Assembly (NCBI GenBank): GCA_965208675.1
Contig: OZ242351.1
Location: 3,232,001-3,296,000 of the forward strand
From: Candidatus Poribacteria bacterium
GTDB taxonomy: Bacteria > Poribacteria > WGA-4E > PCPOR2b
Length of the DNA stretch: 64,000 bases
Direction: 5' to 3'
The notes below the pieces were generated by a model, which saw nothing but the letters and a program-made list of their open reading frames with translations, was not told where the DNA came from and searched no databases. Each line of letters opens with the position of its first letter. The stretch's first letter is position 1. The position numbers were made by a program, and so were the translations under genes. Shown here piece by piece: positions 51,963-61,463 of the stretch.

Positions 51963-53768
51963 ATGATGGAAAAGACCACAATCAATGAGCGGCTGCAAAA
52001 TTCGATTAGCCAACACGGTTCAAAAGCGGCGCTGTCCAGCAAGGTCGATGGAGCGTATCAGGACATCTCCTACGATGAACTTGGGGATCGGGTGAAGCAT
52101 CTTTGTTTGGGTTTAATCGAGCTTGGGGTGCAAAAGGGCGATCGGGTTGCCCTGCTGTCGGAGAATCGTCCAGAGTGGGCAATTACCGATCTCGCCATTC
52201 TTGCCGCAGGCGGAGTCAACGTCCCAATGTTCTCAACACTGACGCCTCCTCAAGTTGAGCACATCGTGAGGGATTCCGGGGCAAAGATTATCTGTGTTTC
52301 CAGTGAAACACAGTTGCAAAAAGTGGAGGCTTTCAGAGCGGACATTGACGGCCTACAACACGTCATCATCTTCGATGCAATTGACTCGGAAAATAGCGGC
52401 GGCGTGCTCACATTTGATCAGGTCTGCGAATTAGGGGAAAAGGCGGAGGACGGCGATTTGGTTTACCAAAAAGCACGCGGCGCTGTCACGCCTGACGACC
52501 TCGCCACGATTATCTATACCTCCGGCACAACGGGGCAGCCCAAAGGCGCAATGTTGACTCACAACAACTTCATGTTTAACGTACAGGCGTGTTTCGAGAT
52601 TGTCGGTTTTGCCGATGAAGACGTATTCTTGTCTTTTCTTCCATTGGCGCACGTGTTCGAGCGGATGGGCGGGCATTATCTGCCGCTGAGCTGCGGCGCG
52701 ACTGTTGCGTATGCCGAAAGTCCGTTCACGGTTGCCCAGAATATGAAGGAAGTTCGTCCCACCATTATGATGAGTGTGCCTCGCCTCTACGAAATGATGC
52801 ATGAGAAAATTATCCGCGCGGTTCAGGAGGGGTCATCCTTAAAACAGAAGATTTTCTATTGGAGCGTGGGGGTCGGTGAAAAAGTAAGCCAAGCAATTCA
52901 GCAACAGAAGAATACTTCTCCGATTTTGGGATTAAAGTATGGTCTCGCAAACAAGCTGGTGTTCAATAAACTTCAGAGTGCGACGGGCGGGCGGTTGCGC
53001 TTCTTTGTTTCTGGCGGCGCCCCGCTGTCCAAATCCATTGCGGAATTCTTCCATGCCGCCGGCATCCTGATTCTTGAAGGCTACGGGCTGACGGAGACTT
53101 CACCGGTGATTAGTGTAAACCGCCCGGATCAGTGGCGATTCGGCACTGTGGGGACACAGATTGAGGGAATTGAAGTCAAAATTGCGGAAGATGGAGAGAT
53201 TCTGTCGCGCGGGCCGCACATCATGCAGGGTTATTTCAACAAGCCGGAAGAGACGGCTGAGTCTATCGACACCGATGGGTGGTTTCACACAGGCGACATC
53301 GGGGAGATGGATGCGGACGGGTTTCTGAGTATCACCGATCGGAAGAAAAATATCATCGTGCTTTCTAACGGGAAAAACGTCGCACCGCAGCCGATTGAGA
53401 ATCAACTCATTCAAAGCCGATACATCAATCAGGTGATGCTCCTAGGCGATCAACGCAAAAGCATCTCTGCACTTATCGTGCCGAATTTCGATGCGCTCAA
53501 AGCGTTTGCCGAGGAAATGGAACTGGAAGTCCAGGAAGCGGCGGAATTGATCGAGACAAAAGAAATCCGCCAACTCATCCGTAAGGAAATTGAGCAGCTC
53601 TCAACAGCGTTAGCCGACTTTGAACGCGTAAAGATGTTCACGTTGTTAGATAGAGAGTTTACCCAAGAGGCTGATGAGATGACGCCGACACTGAAACTCA
53701 AGCGCAAAGTCATACTTGAAAAATATGGGGATAAAATTGAAAAAATGTACGGCGGAGAGAGCGTTTGA
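51963..53768 (+). CDS. fadD: Long-chain fatty acid-CoA ligase
   Basis: IIYTSGTTGQPKG, EGYGLTE, WFHTGDIG, DRKK, TPTLKLKR; start after GGAGGGG. Confidence 0.9.
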   Translation: MMEKTTINERLQNSISQHGSKAALSSKVDGAYQDISYDELGDRVKHLCLGLIELGVQKGDRVALLSENRPEWAITDLAILAAGGVNVPMFSTLTPPQVEHIVRDSGAKIICVSSETQLQKVEAFRADIDGLQHVIIFDAIDSENSGGVLTFDQVCELGEKAEDGDLVYQKARGAVTPDDLATIIYTSGTTGQPKGAMLTHNNFMFNVQACFEIVGFADEDVFLSFLPLAHVFERMGGHYLPLSCGATVAYAESPFTVAQNMKEVRPTIMMSVPRLYEMMHEKIIRAVQEGSSLKQKIFYWSVGVGEKVSQAIQQQKNTSPILGLKYGLANKLVFNKLQSATGGRLRFFVSGGAPLSKSIAEFFHAAGILILEGYGLTETSPVISVNRPDQWRFGTVGTQIEGIEVKIAEDGEILSRGPHIMQGYFNKPEETAESIDTDGWFHTGDIGEMDADGFLSITDRKKNIIVLSNGKNVAPQPIENQLIQSRYINQVMLLGDQRKSISALIVPNFDALKAFAEEMELEVQEAAELIETKEIRQLIRKEIEQLSTALADFERVKMFTLLDREFTQEADEMTPTLKLKRKVILEKYGDKIEKMYGGESV

Positions 53769-54069
53769 AAATTCGCCGAATAAGATTTTTGGAATGAATA
53801 CACGTAAACATCAATTTTTTAGGGCAACTATTTTCAAATGGACTCTCACATGTCGTGTGCTTCTTGCCAGCATCATTAAGCAGAGGCCAGGAAAGTTAAT
53901 TGCGAGCCTGACTCGATAAATATTGTACTGCTGCTCGCGCTGCGCTCTCAATTTCCAGACCGTTTGAATCTATTTCAGGCACTGTAGTAAACTCGTTGCG
54001 GCTTAGAAGAAGACCATTCATAATTTATCGGCTATAACTAAAATCTCTTGAGTAAGGTTAATAGTTCGA

Positions 54070-54747
54070 ATGGCGGTGAACACGATGCAGTACGACAAAA
54101 ACAAATTCAAAATATATGCGCTGCCGCACCCCGCTGTCTTATTAATCTGGATACTGAACCCATTTGTGATGTTCAACGAACTGATTTTGGGCCTACGACT
54201 CCCCAAAGTCACATTGGTTGACAAAGAAAGCAATAAACCTTTGCCGGAACGTACTTACTATCCCTGCCCGCACTGTGCAGTTCTAAATGACACGCGTTGT
54301 TGGGCAAGGAGGAATGCCCTTGGTCATTGGTTTGGCTATATTTGTCCAAATTGCCATCAAATAATTCCCTGCCTATGGAGCGTTTTTAGCCTTGTCATCT
54401 TGGCGATTACTTTCCCACTGTGGTATTTCCCCGCACGATTGGTCCGCCAAAGATGGATTGAGAAAGAAAAAGAAAGATTGGCCGCTGTCCTTAAACGTCC
54501 CTTAGTTCAAGTAAAGACCATACATTGGCTTCTTATCGGAACGTTCATTTGGGGTGTATTCATGTGGATATTTATGGAGTTTCTGCCGCAGATGAGGCAG
54601 GTTTTGAATGGAAAAGAATGGGATTTGACAATAATGCTAGTAACGTTGCCAATTTGGTTGTCGGCTGGCTGCGCATGGGGCTTGTTTATGGGTTTTTGGA
54701 TGAATAGAAGGGGCAAAAAAGCAAAAGGAAATTCACCTGTAAAGTGA
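54070..54747 (+). CDS. Hypothetical membrane protein with two CxxC pairs
   Basis: CPHC and CPNC plus several hydrophobic segments. Confidence 0.7.
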   Translation: MAVNTMQYDKNKFKIYALPHPAVLLIWILNPFVMFNELILGLRLPKVTLVDKESNKPLPERTYYPCPHCAVLNDTRCWARRNALGHWFGYICPNCHQIIPCLWSVFSLVILAITFPLWYFPARLVRQRWIEKEKERLAAVLKRPLVQVKTIHWLLIGTFIWGVFMWIFMEFLPQMRQVLNGKEWDLTIMLVTLPIWLSAGCAWGLFMGFWMNRRGKKAKGNSPVK

Positions 54748-54917
54748 ACCGTATGGCTTAGAGCATGTTTTCAATGTAGATAGGAAAAACCGGTTTTTTG
54801 TCATTATGACGGTCGAAATCATTGCATTTTCAAGACATTTACTTCAAGATAGTTTCTCTCGAAGGCAGATTCGGACTGTTCAAAAGTTCAAGAGATGTTT
54901 AAGTATGAGAGGAGACG

Positions 54918-55892
54918 ATGCCAACAGGCCGCATCAAATATTTCAACCGGGACAAAGGCTTCGGATTTATCGCCCAAGACAACGGCGAAGCTGATGTTTT
55001 TTTGCACGTCTCTGCCATTAACTGGGCGGACGACGAGCTAGGCGCAGGGCAACGGGTCAAATACGAAATTACCGAGGGCAAGCGGGGGCTAGTGGCGCGA
55101 AACGTTGAGGTCCTGCTTACACAACTTGAGCAAAAGTGGCTGCGTCAAGGCAAGGCGATTATTCCTCGTGACTACCCAAGATTCGCTTCACGCGAGCAAA
55201 GCGAAACTGCTGATGGAGACAATTCGGTATCGTTTCAAGAACCGATTCGACCGGCGTCAGTTGCATCGTCTAGTGCGCAGAAATCTGAACAATCTGGTGA
55301 ACTACCACCTTCGGGGCCGGACGATGAAGCAGATGCGCTGAATCAGAATTTAGTCGCATCCGATGCTCGGACCGATTCTAGGTCCGATAAACCTGAACGC
55401 GTCACGTTTGGCACTTTATACATGCAAAAGCAAATCCGGCTCCAAACATCAATGGTTTTTGGGTTGTACAATCACGAGCAGCACCCTATGACCATTAGTG
55501 AATACACGCAATCCACGTTTACGTTGCAAGGAGAAGAAGAAAGCCGGGAAATCCCGAAGACGGACGTTAAATATTGTTATAAAGCTGAAGACGCGGATGC
55601 TATGTATGCGCTCATGCATTACGATGAGGAGATTAAATCGCAAAAATTAAAGCCGATTAACTCTCAGAATGAGTGCTACCAAATCGACACACGGGAAATT
55701 CAGCTTGCGCGCAAGGAGGAATACCCCATTGAAGTAATTATGCGCGAGGGAGAAATTTTTCGGGGTTTGGTGGATTGGGTCAGCCCATTCGAAATTAAGA
55801 TAGTTTTGGAAAACGGATCTAAAGTTGTTGTTTTCAGGCATGCCGTCTGCAAGTTTCAGGCAATTCCGTCCGAAAAAGGAACGAGGGATTAG
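54918..55892 (+). CDS. Cold-shock domain protein fused to C-terminal Hfq/Sm-like domain(s)
   Basis: RNP1 KGFGFI and RNP2 VFLH; disordered linker; C-terminal IEVIMREGEIFRGLV..VVFRHAV resembling Hfq Sm1/Sm2. Confidence 0.75.
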   Translation: MPTGRIKYFNRDKGFGFIAQDNGEADVFLHVSAINWADDELGAGQRVKYEITEGKRGLVARNVEVLLTQLEQKWLRQGKAIIPRDYPRFASREQSETADGDNSVSFQEPIRPASVASSSAQKSEQSGELPPSGPDDEADALNQNLVASDARTDSRSDKPERVTFGTLYMQKQIRLQTSMVFGLYNHEQHPMTISEYTQSTFTLQGEEESREIPKTDVKYCYKAEDADAMYALMHYDEEIKSQKLKPINSQNECYQIDTREIQLARKEEYPIEVIMREGEIFRGLVDWVSPFEIKIVLENGSKVVVFRHAVCKFQAIPSEKGTRD

Positions 55893-56095
55893 GGCGTGTT
55901 GACATTTGACATCCCGTAGGTTGAATTGAATGGTTAAACGGCAGTCCCTATCAAGTACAAAGGAATCTTTTGTAACACAATCTGTTAGATTGCGATCCGA
56001 GCCCGCAAACTAACAGTTTGCGCTACTTATATCAGATTATGCAATGGTGACAACCTTTGCCGAATCAGTAGCCTCAAAATGTCAACAGAACCTAG
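55890..56095. mobile_element. MITE-like element with IS5-family-like terminal inverted repeats
   Basis: TAG|GGCGTGTTGACATTT ... AAATGTCAACAGAACC|TAG; flanking TAG duplication; no transposase. Confidence 0.55.
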
Positions 56096-56119
56096 AGTTT
56101 CACTGAACATTTAGAGATT

Positions 56120-56761
56120 ATGCAACCGATAGAGATTCAGAAGGATAACGAAGACGCTAGCTCAAACTTGGTAGTGGAACAGTATCGGCATCTAATGGAA
56201 GAGGTGCATCTTGAGACACAGCGTTTGTACGAAGCGCGAGGCAACTTCCCGTGTCCTTCCACCTGTTATGATTGCTGCCGCAACACGGCGACGATGTTAA
56301 TCAGTGAAATAGAAGGGCAAGACCTCAAGGTAGGACTTAAAAAACTTGCTCCAGAGATACGGGAGCATATCCGCAAGAAAGCCAAACGCTCCGTTCGGAA
56401 GCTCGAGCAAATCGGATTTTCCCATGAACGGATGACGAGAGACGCCGGGATGGAATCGGTCGAAGTGTTGAAAGGGAAACCGGAGGCGGAATGCCCGATG
56501 CTTATTGGGGGAGTCTGTTCGGTTTACGAACATCGTCCATTGATTTGCCGGGTGTGGGGGTATCCAATCGACAATGGGCGTGAATTGGCATGTTGCCGCA
56601 AGACATTTATCGGTCAACGCAGACGTTACAAACCCATTGATTATGCGCGTTACTGGGATACATGCCGGGATTTAAGCGAAAAGATTGGAGCGGAGGAGAA
56701 AACACCGAATGCTTATCTTGTGGTTCGGTTGCTCGTGGAAGAAGGGGTGTCGGAAGGGTGA
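56120..56761 (+). CDS. YkgJ-family cysteine-cluster (Fe-S/Zn) protein
   Basis: CPSTCYDCC ... CPML..CSVYEHRPLICR. Confidence 0.85.
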   Translation: MQPIEIQKDNEDASSNLVVEQYRHLMEEVHLETQRLYEARGNFPCPSTCYDCCRNTATMLISEIEGQDLKVGLKKLAPEIREHIRKKAKRSVRKLEQIGFSHERMTRDAGMESVEVLKGKPEAECPMLIGGVCSVYEHRPLICRVWGYPIDNGRELACCRKTFIGQRRRYKPIDYARYWDTCRDLSEKIGAEEKTPNAYLVVRLLVEEGVSEG

Positions 56762-56796
56762 GTAGGCGTGTCGCTATAGAGTCCTACGGATTTGTA

Positions 56797-57225
56797 TTAT
56801 GGCGGTGGATTGGCGGGGTTAGTATTAAGAGATCGTAGCAATTCAAAGGGATAAATGCCCGTTTTGTGTCCGTCATTCCAAGTCAAGCGGATTGCATATC
56901 TGCCAACGGGTTGGATATTAACGACTTTAAGATTCTCAAATAAATCTTCGGAAGGCAACACCCGCAGCGGGTTTTCATTCTCTCGGACTGCTTTACAACG
57001 GGCGCACGGGCACTTTTGCCGCAGCAATTTATGGGAATGTTCGCTGCGATGGCCGTCGTTCCATTGAATGGCTATCCCGTTTAAAAAACGCTTTATCTGG
57101 GTTGGCTTATATACCATGGTATGCACCATCATGACTTGCGCCACAATAACTTCAGAAACGGGTGTTATCCCAGTCTTGTAACCATCAAAGCTGAAATCAC
57201 TACCCGTCTGAAATTTTGTGAGCAA
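56797..57225 (-). CDS. DUF971 / gamma-butyrobetaine hydroxylase-like N-terminal domain protein
   Basis: WNDGH..LRQKCPCARC..VGRYAI..WNDGHKTGIY; true start probably near 57117-57132. Confidence 0.85.
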   Translation of the reverse strand: MLTKFQTGSDFSFDGYKTGITPVSEVIVAQVMMVHTMVYKPTQIKRFLNGIAIQWNDGHRSEHSHKLLRQKCPCARCKAVRENENPLRVLPSEDLFENLKVVNIQPVGRYAIRLTWNDGHKTGIYPFELLRSLNTNPANPPP

Positions 57226-57231
57226 CTATTG

Positions 57232-57489
57232 CTACTGGAAATAATCCGCGTTGATTTTGGTGAAGTGTTCCCATTCTTCCGGAACATCTTCGTCCATGAA
57301 GATTGCTTCGACCGGACATTCTGGTTCACACACACCGCAATCAATACATTCTTCAGGATCGATAAAAAGCTGCTTGGCGTTTTCAAAGTCCTCTGACTGT
57401 GATGTAGGATGAATGCAGTCAACAGGGCATACGTCCACGCAGGCGGTGTCCTTGACATCAATGCACGGTTCGGTGATGACGTATGTCAT
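57232..57489 (-). CDS. fdxA: 7Fe/8Fe ferredoxin, copy 1
   Basis: YVITEPC..CVDVCPVDCI..CIDCGVCEPECPV. Confidence 0.92.
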   Translation of the reverse strand: MTYVITEPCIDVKDTACVDVCPVDCIHPTSQSEDFENAKQLFIDPEECIDCGVCEPECPVEAIFMDEDVPEEWEHFTKINADYFQ

Positions 57490-57628
57490 AGATGATAAAT
57501 CCTCCTTGTGAACTGGGTTAATTATTTTTTTTCAGAACGTGAGCGTAATAGGGTAATCGTGCTTCTAACTCCACCTCTACTTTTGAGCGTAAATCTGTAC
57601 CCGTCTGAAATTTTGTGAGCAGCTATCG

Positions 57629-57886
57629 CTACTGGAAATAATCCGCGTTGATTTTGGTGAAGTGTTCCCATTCTTCCGGAACATCTTCGTCCATGAAGAT
57701 TGCTTCGACTGGACATTCCGGCTCACATACAGCGCAATCAATACACTCTTCGGGATCGATATAAAGCTGCTTAACGTTTTCGAAGTCCTCTTCCTGAGAT
57801 GTAGGGTGAATGCAGTCAACAGGGCATACGTCCACGCAGGCGGTGTCCTTAACATCAATGCACGGTTCGGTGATGACGTAAGTCAT
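57629..57886 (-). CDS. fdxA: 7Fe/8Fe ferredoxin, copy 2
   Basis: Near-identical tandem copy (CIDCAVCEPECPV). Confidence 0.92.
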   Translation of the reverse strand: MTYVITEPCIDVKDTACVDVCPVDCIHPTSQEEDFENVKQLYIDPEECIDCAVCEPECPVEAIFMDEDVPEEWEHFTKINADYFQ

Positions 57887-58048
57887 AAATGATAATCCTC
57901 CTTGTTAACTGAATTGATGATTTTTCTTCAGACCGTGAGTGCGAAGGGATAATCGTCCTTCTGTATCTCATCTTCATCGCAAATCAGTTAGCTTAGTTTC
58001 CATCGATCTCACCAAACAAAATAAGCATACCACATCAATTTGGCTTTG

Positions 58049-59362
58049 TCAAATGGATTCACGCTGTTTCGATTCTCCCATCAAGCGTTCAATTTCATCA
58101 ATCGTTTTCGGGACTTTAGCAGTCAGAACTTCACAGCCGGACGTGGTTACGAGGACATCATCCTCGATTCGTACACCGATTCCTAAGTATTTCGGATTGA
58201 CATTTTCTGTGTCGGCAGCGATATAAAGCCCCGGTTCAACAGTAAATACCATCCCCGGTTGAAACGTCTTATGTGTGCCGCTTTCCCGCGTTTTCGTTAA
58301 ATCGTGAACATCAAGGCCCAACATATGCCCAATCCCGTGCCTGCAAAACTGCTTATGTTTCTCTTCCGCAATCAACTCCTCTTTCTCGCCGGCTAACAAG
58401 CCAATCTTCAACATACCCTCGGTCATCAACGCTACCGACTTCTTATTGGGTTCATCAAGTGGTACGCCCGGACGAATGGCCTCAATGGCGGCGAGTTGAC
58501 ATTCAAGTACGAGTTGGTAAATCTCGCGCTGCACTGCGGTAAATCTGCCGTTTGCCGGGTACGTCCGCGTAATGTCGCCGCTATAATATTTGTATTCACA
58601 CCCGGCATCGATCAAAACCAGCTCACCGTCCTGAATTTGGCGGTTATTCGCCGTATAGTGCAGCGTCGCCGCATTTGCGGCGCTTGCCACGATTGTAGGA
58701 AACCCGGGCTGACTTCCTTCGCTCCTACGGAAGATCGAATCTATCATCGCCTGAATTTCATATTCGTACTGACCGGGATGTAGGGTTTTCATCGCCATGA
58801 TATGCGCATCCGCCGTGATTTCCGTAGCCCGCCGAATGCGTTTGAGTTCTTCTCCACTTTTGATGAGGCGCATTTCGCCGAGAATCTCGCCCGGATCAAT
58901 CAAGGTATTAGGTCCTGTTCCTTGGAGTGCGCGACGGCGTCCGTACTGCTTGCAGAGTTCGACTATCTTTCGATTAAAGACTTCATCCGATCCGAAACTG
59001 TAGTAAATTTGATTCGTGTCATTAAGGTATTCGTGGATTTTTTGGTCAAATTCTGTGATTGAATAGGCTTCATCGGCACCAATGACGGTTTTCCCGCCCT
59101 CAACTCCCACACGCTTTCCTGTCCACACTTCCTGTTCCGGATCATGAGGATTCACGAACAAAACAAATTGGTGTTCGGGGTGGTCTGGTGCAAGGAGGCA
59201 GATTGAACCCGGTTCCTCAAAACCCGTTAAATAGTAAAAATTACTGTCTTGGCGGTATTCATATTCGACATCATGGGCACGTAAAGCCGGCAATGCGCTC
59301 GGGAAAATTGCAACCCCCCCCTTCATTTTACGCATGAATTCCTTACGTATATTTTCATGCAT
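58049..59362 (-). CDS. pepP: Xaa-Pro aminopeptidase
   Basis: RQDSNFYYLTG, LIDAG, GDITRT, HGIGH.LGLDVHD, TVEPG, RIEDD. Confidence 0.93.
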   Translation of the reverse strand: MHENIRKEFMRKMKGGVAIFPSALPALRAHDVEYEYRQDSNFYYLTGFEEPGSICLLAPDHPEHQFVLFVNPHDPEQEVWTGKRVGVEGGKTVIGADEAYSITEFDQKIHEYLNDTNQIYYSFGSDEVFNRKIVELCKQYGRRRALQGTGPNTLIDPGEILGEMRLIKSGEELKRIRRATEITADAHIMAMKTLHPGQYEYEIQAMIDSIFRRSEGSQPGFPTIVASAANAATLHYTANNRQIQDGELVLIDAGCEYKYYSGDITRTYPANGRFTAVQREIYQLVLECQLAAIEAIRPGVPLDEPNKKSVALMTEGMLKIGLLAGEKEELIAEEKHKQFCRHGIGHMLGLDVHDLTKTRESGTHKTFQPGMVFTVEPGLYIAADTENVNPKYLGIGVRIEDDVLVTTSGCEVLTAKVPKTIDEIERLMGESKQRESI

Positions 59363-59377
59363 TCGTTGTTTCTCCTT

Positions 59378-60163
59378 TTATTCCTCCTGTACCGCGCTAA
59401 TCTCATCTTGAGAAATCTTGTGGACACTCTTTGGGTTAAATGTTTGTTGTGTTCCAAACCTCAGCGCAACTTCGATTCTTCCGCCGGTCAGCACGAAGAA
59501 CTGGATCAGAAACCCTCCACCCTCCATGGATTCGACCTGATACTGATGCGGTTCTAATCCTTCAACCCACGCCGGCAGCGCGTGCGCAAATTCAGCATGA
59601 TTGATTGCCGCTTGGGGTAAAGCGATGATCAGTGTTCCCGGTTCGTCTCCGATTGCTTCAGCGATGACCGCCCGCGTATTAACCATGAAAGGCACCACTT
59701 GGCTGGCATATTCGAACTCGTCATTGCTCGTGCGCTCTGGAGGTACAATGCCCCAAGTCAGGTGGTGGATGAACGGATTCCCGTAGCCTTGGCTCAACAT
59801 GTGCTCTAGACCGGATTCATCGACCGGATGCACAACCGCAACGTAGTCAAACCAACCTCTGGACCGCGCTGCGCTATCCTGGCGCAATCTTGCAGACACA
59901 TTGATATAGTCATAACCGTCCACTGGCGACGGATAGCAGCGGGCGTCCCATCCCGAAATATAACCGAGCTGTTTCAGAGGACCGGCGACCAGATGCGGCG
60001 GGTCGGTGAAAATTGCGGCGTGATCGAGATTAGGCAACAGCCTCACACCTGCTTTCGTCATCTTTTCAGCGGCTTCCAACGCCTCTTTCAAACGTCCTTC
60101 AGCATTTTCAATGCTAAGATAATCTGCGAAGTCTTCCGGTAAAATGGCTAAACTTCCCACCAT
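59378..60163 (-). CDS. Hypothetical VOC/glyoxalase-fold-like metalloprotein
   Basis: LDHAA, IHHLTW, LIQFF and IEVALR pattern similar to HPPD-like VOC proteins. Confidence 0.45.
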   Translation of the reverse strand: MVGSLAILPEDFADYLSIENAEGRLKEALEAAEKMTKAGVRLLPNLDHAAIFTDPPHLVAGPLKQLGYISGWDARCYPSPVDGYDYINVSARLRQDSAARSRGWFDYVAVVHPVDESGLEHMLSQGYGNPFIHHLTWGIVPPERTSNDEFEYASQVVPFMVNTRAVIAEAIGDEPGTLIIALPQAAINHAEFAHALPAWVEGLEPHQYQVESMEGGGFLIQFFVLTGGRIEVALRFGTQQTFNPKSVHKISQDEISAVQEE

Positions 60164-60467
60164 AAACCTCCAGTCCTTAAAACCCTAAAATCCAAGTTGC
60201 GGGCGGAATGATTTGTGTACACTGAATGATAAGTCGCGTCTCGAAAATAAGCACGAGTTTCGGCGCTAAATGATAATCCAAATGCAGTTTAAAATCAAGT
60301 GATATCCGTACCCAAGCGGATTTAACTGTACCCGCTGAACGGCTTGGAAACATTGCAATCAATGGATAAATGTGATAAAATCGAGCGAATGTATAGTATC
60401 TCAAACCCGTTGATAATCACAGCACAGAGATGAGAGTAGCGAACACGACTCTTAACCGCAGGAAAAG

Positions 60468-61448
60468 ATGAAGGCAATTATCAGAACGGGTGATGGCGGC
60501 CCGGAGGTGTTGAGATTATCGGAAGTTCCGGCGCCAATACATGGCCCTAATCAGTTGTTGGTCAACGTGAAAGCGACCGCCCTAAATCGATTGGATACGC
60601 TTCAACGTAAGGGGTTATACAATGCGCCGCCGGGCGAATCTGAAATACTCGGGTTGGAGATTGCAGGAATTGTCGAAGCCATTGGGGGAGAAGTCCCAGG
60701 TTTTAGCCGCGGCGATCGGGTGTTTGGCTTAATAGGAGGGGGAGGATATGCCGAGAAGGCTGTGATCGACCACCGTTTGGCAATTCCGCTTCCCGACGGG
60801 TGGAGTTTTGAACAAGCTGCGGCGATTCCAGAAGTGTTCTTTACGGCTAACGAAACTCTATTTACGTTGGGCAGGTTAAGCCAGAACGAAACCGTGCTTA
60901 TCCATGCGGGCGGCAGCGGTGTCGGAACGGCGGGAACACAGATGGCGCACCATATTGGCGCTCGTGTGTTTATTACTGCCGGATCTGAGGACAAAATTAG
61001 AAAAAGTAAAGCGCTCGGATGTACAGAAGGCATCAACTATAAAGCATGCAATTTCGCTGAAGAAATTTTGCAATTGACAAATGGGGAGGGCGTAGACGTT
61101 ATTCAAGATTTTATTGGTGCGCCTTATCTCGAACGGAATCTATCCATCCTGAGGCCGCGCGGACGCTTACTTATAGTAGGACTGATGGGGGGCACCTCGG
61201 CCGAAACCAATCTCGGATATATACTGAGAAAACGTTTACAAATTTTTGGATCAGTGATGCGTTCTCTCCCGATTGAGGAGAAGATTCAGATTACCAAACG
61301 TTTCGTGAATCGCTGGCTTCCTCTGCTCAAGCAAGGCAGGATTAAACCGATTATTGATACAGTGATGGAGTTATCTCAAGCGTGCGACGCGCATCAATAC
61401 ATGGAAGCCAATAAGAACTTTGGTAAAATCATTCTCAAAATTGAGTAG
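60468..61448 (+). CDS. NAD(P)H:quinone oxidoreductase, PIG3 family
   Basis: ALNRLD..QR.G.Y, ILGLE, GGGYAE, IHAGGSGVG, GKIIL. Confidence 0.9.
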   Translation: MKAIIRTGDGGPEVLRLSEVPAPIHGPNQLLVNVKATALNRLDTLQRKGLYNAPPGESEILGLEIAGIVEAIGGEVPGFSRGDRVFGLIGGGGYAEKAVIDHRLAIPLPDGWSFEQAAAIPEVFFTANETLFTLGRLSQNETVLIHAGGSGVGTAGTQMAHHIGARVFITAGSEDKIRKSKALGCTEGINYKACNFAEEILQLTNGEGVDVIQDFIGAPYLERNLSILRPRGRLLIVGLMGGTSAETNLGYILRKRLQIFGSVMRSLPIEEKIQITKRFVNRWLPLLKQGRIKPIIDTVMELSQACDAHQYMEANKNFGKIILKIE

Positions 61449-61463
61449 TGCGTTTCAATTGAC

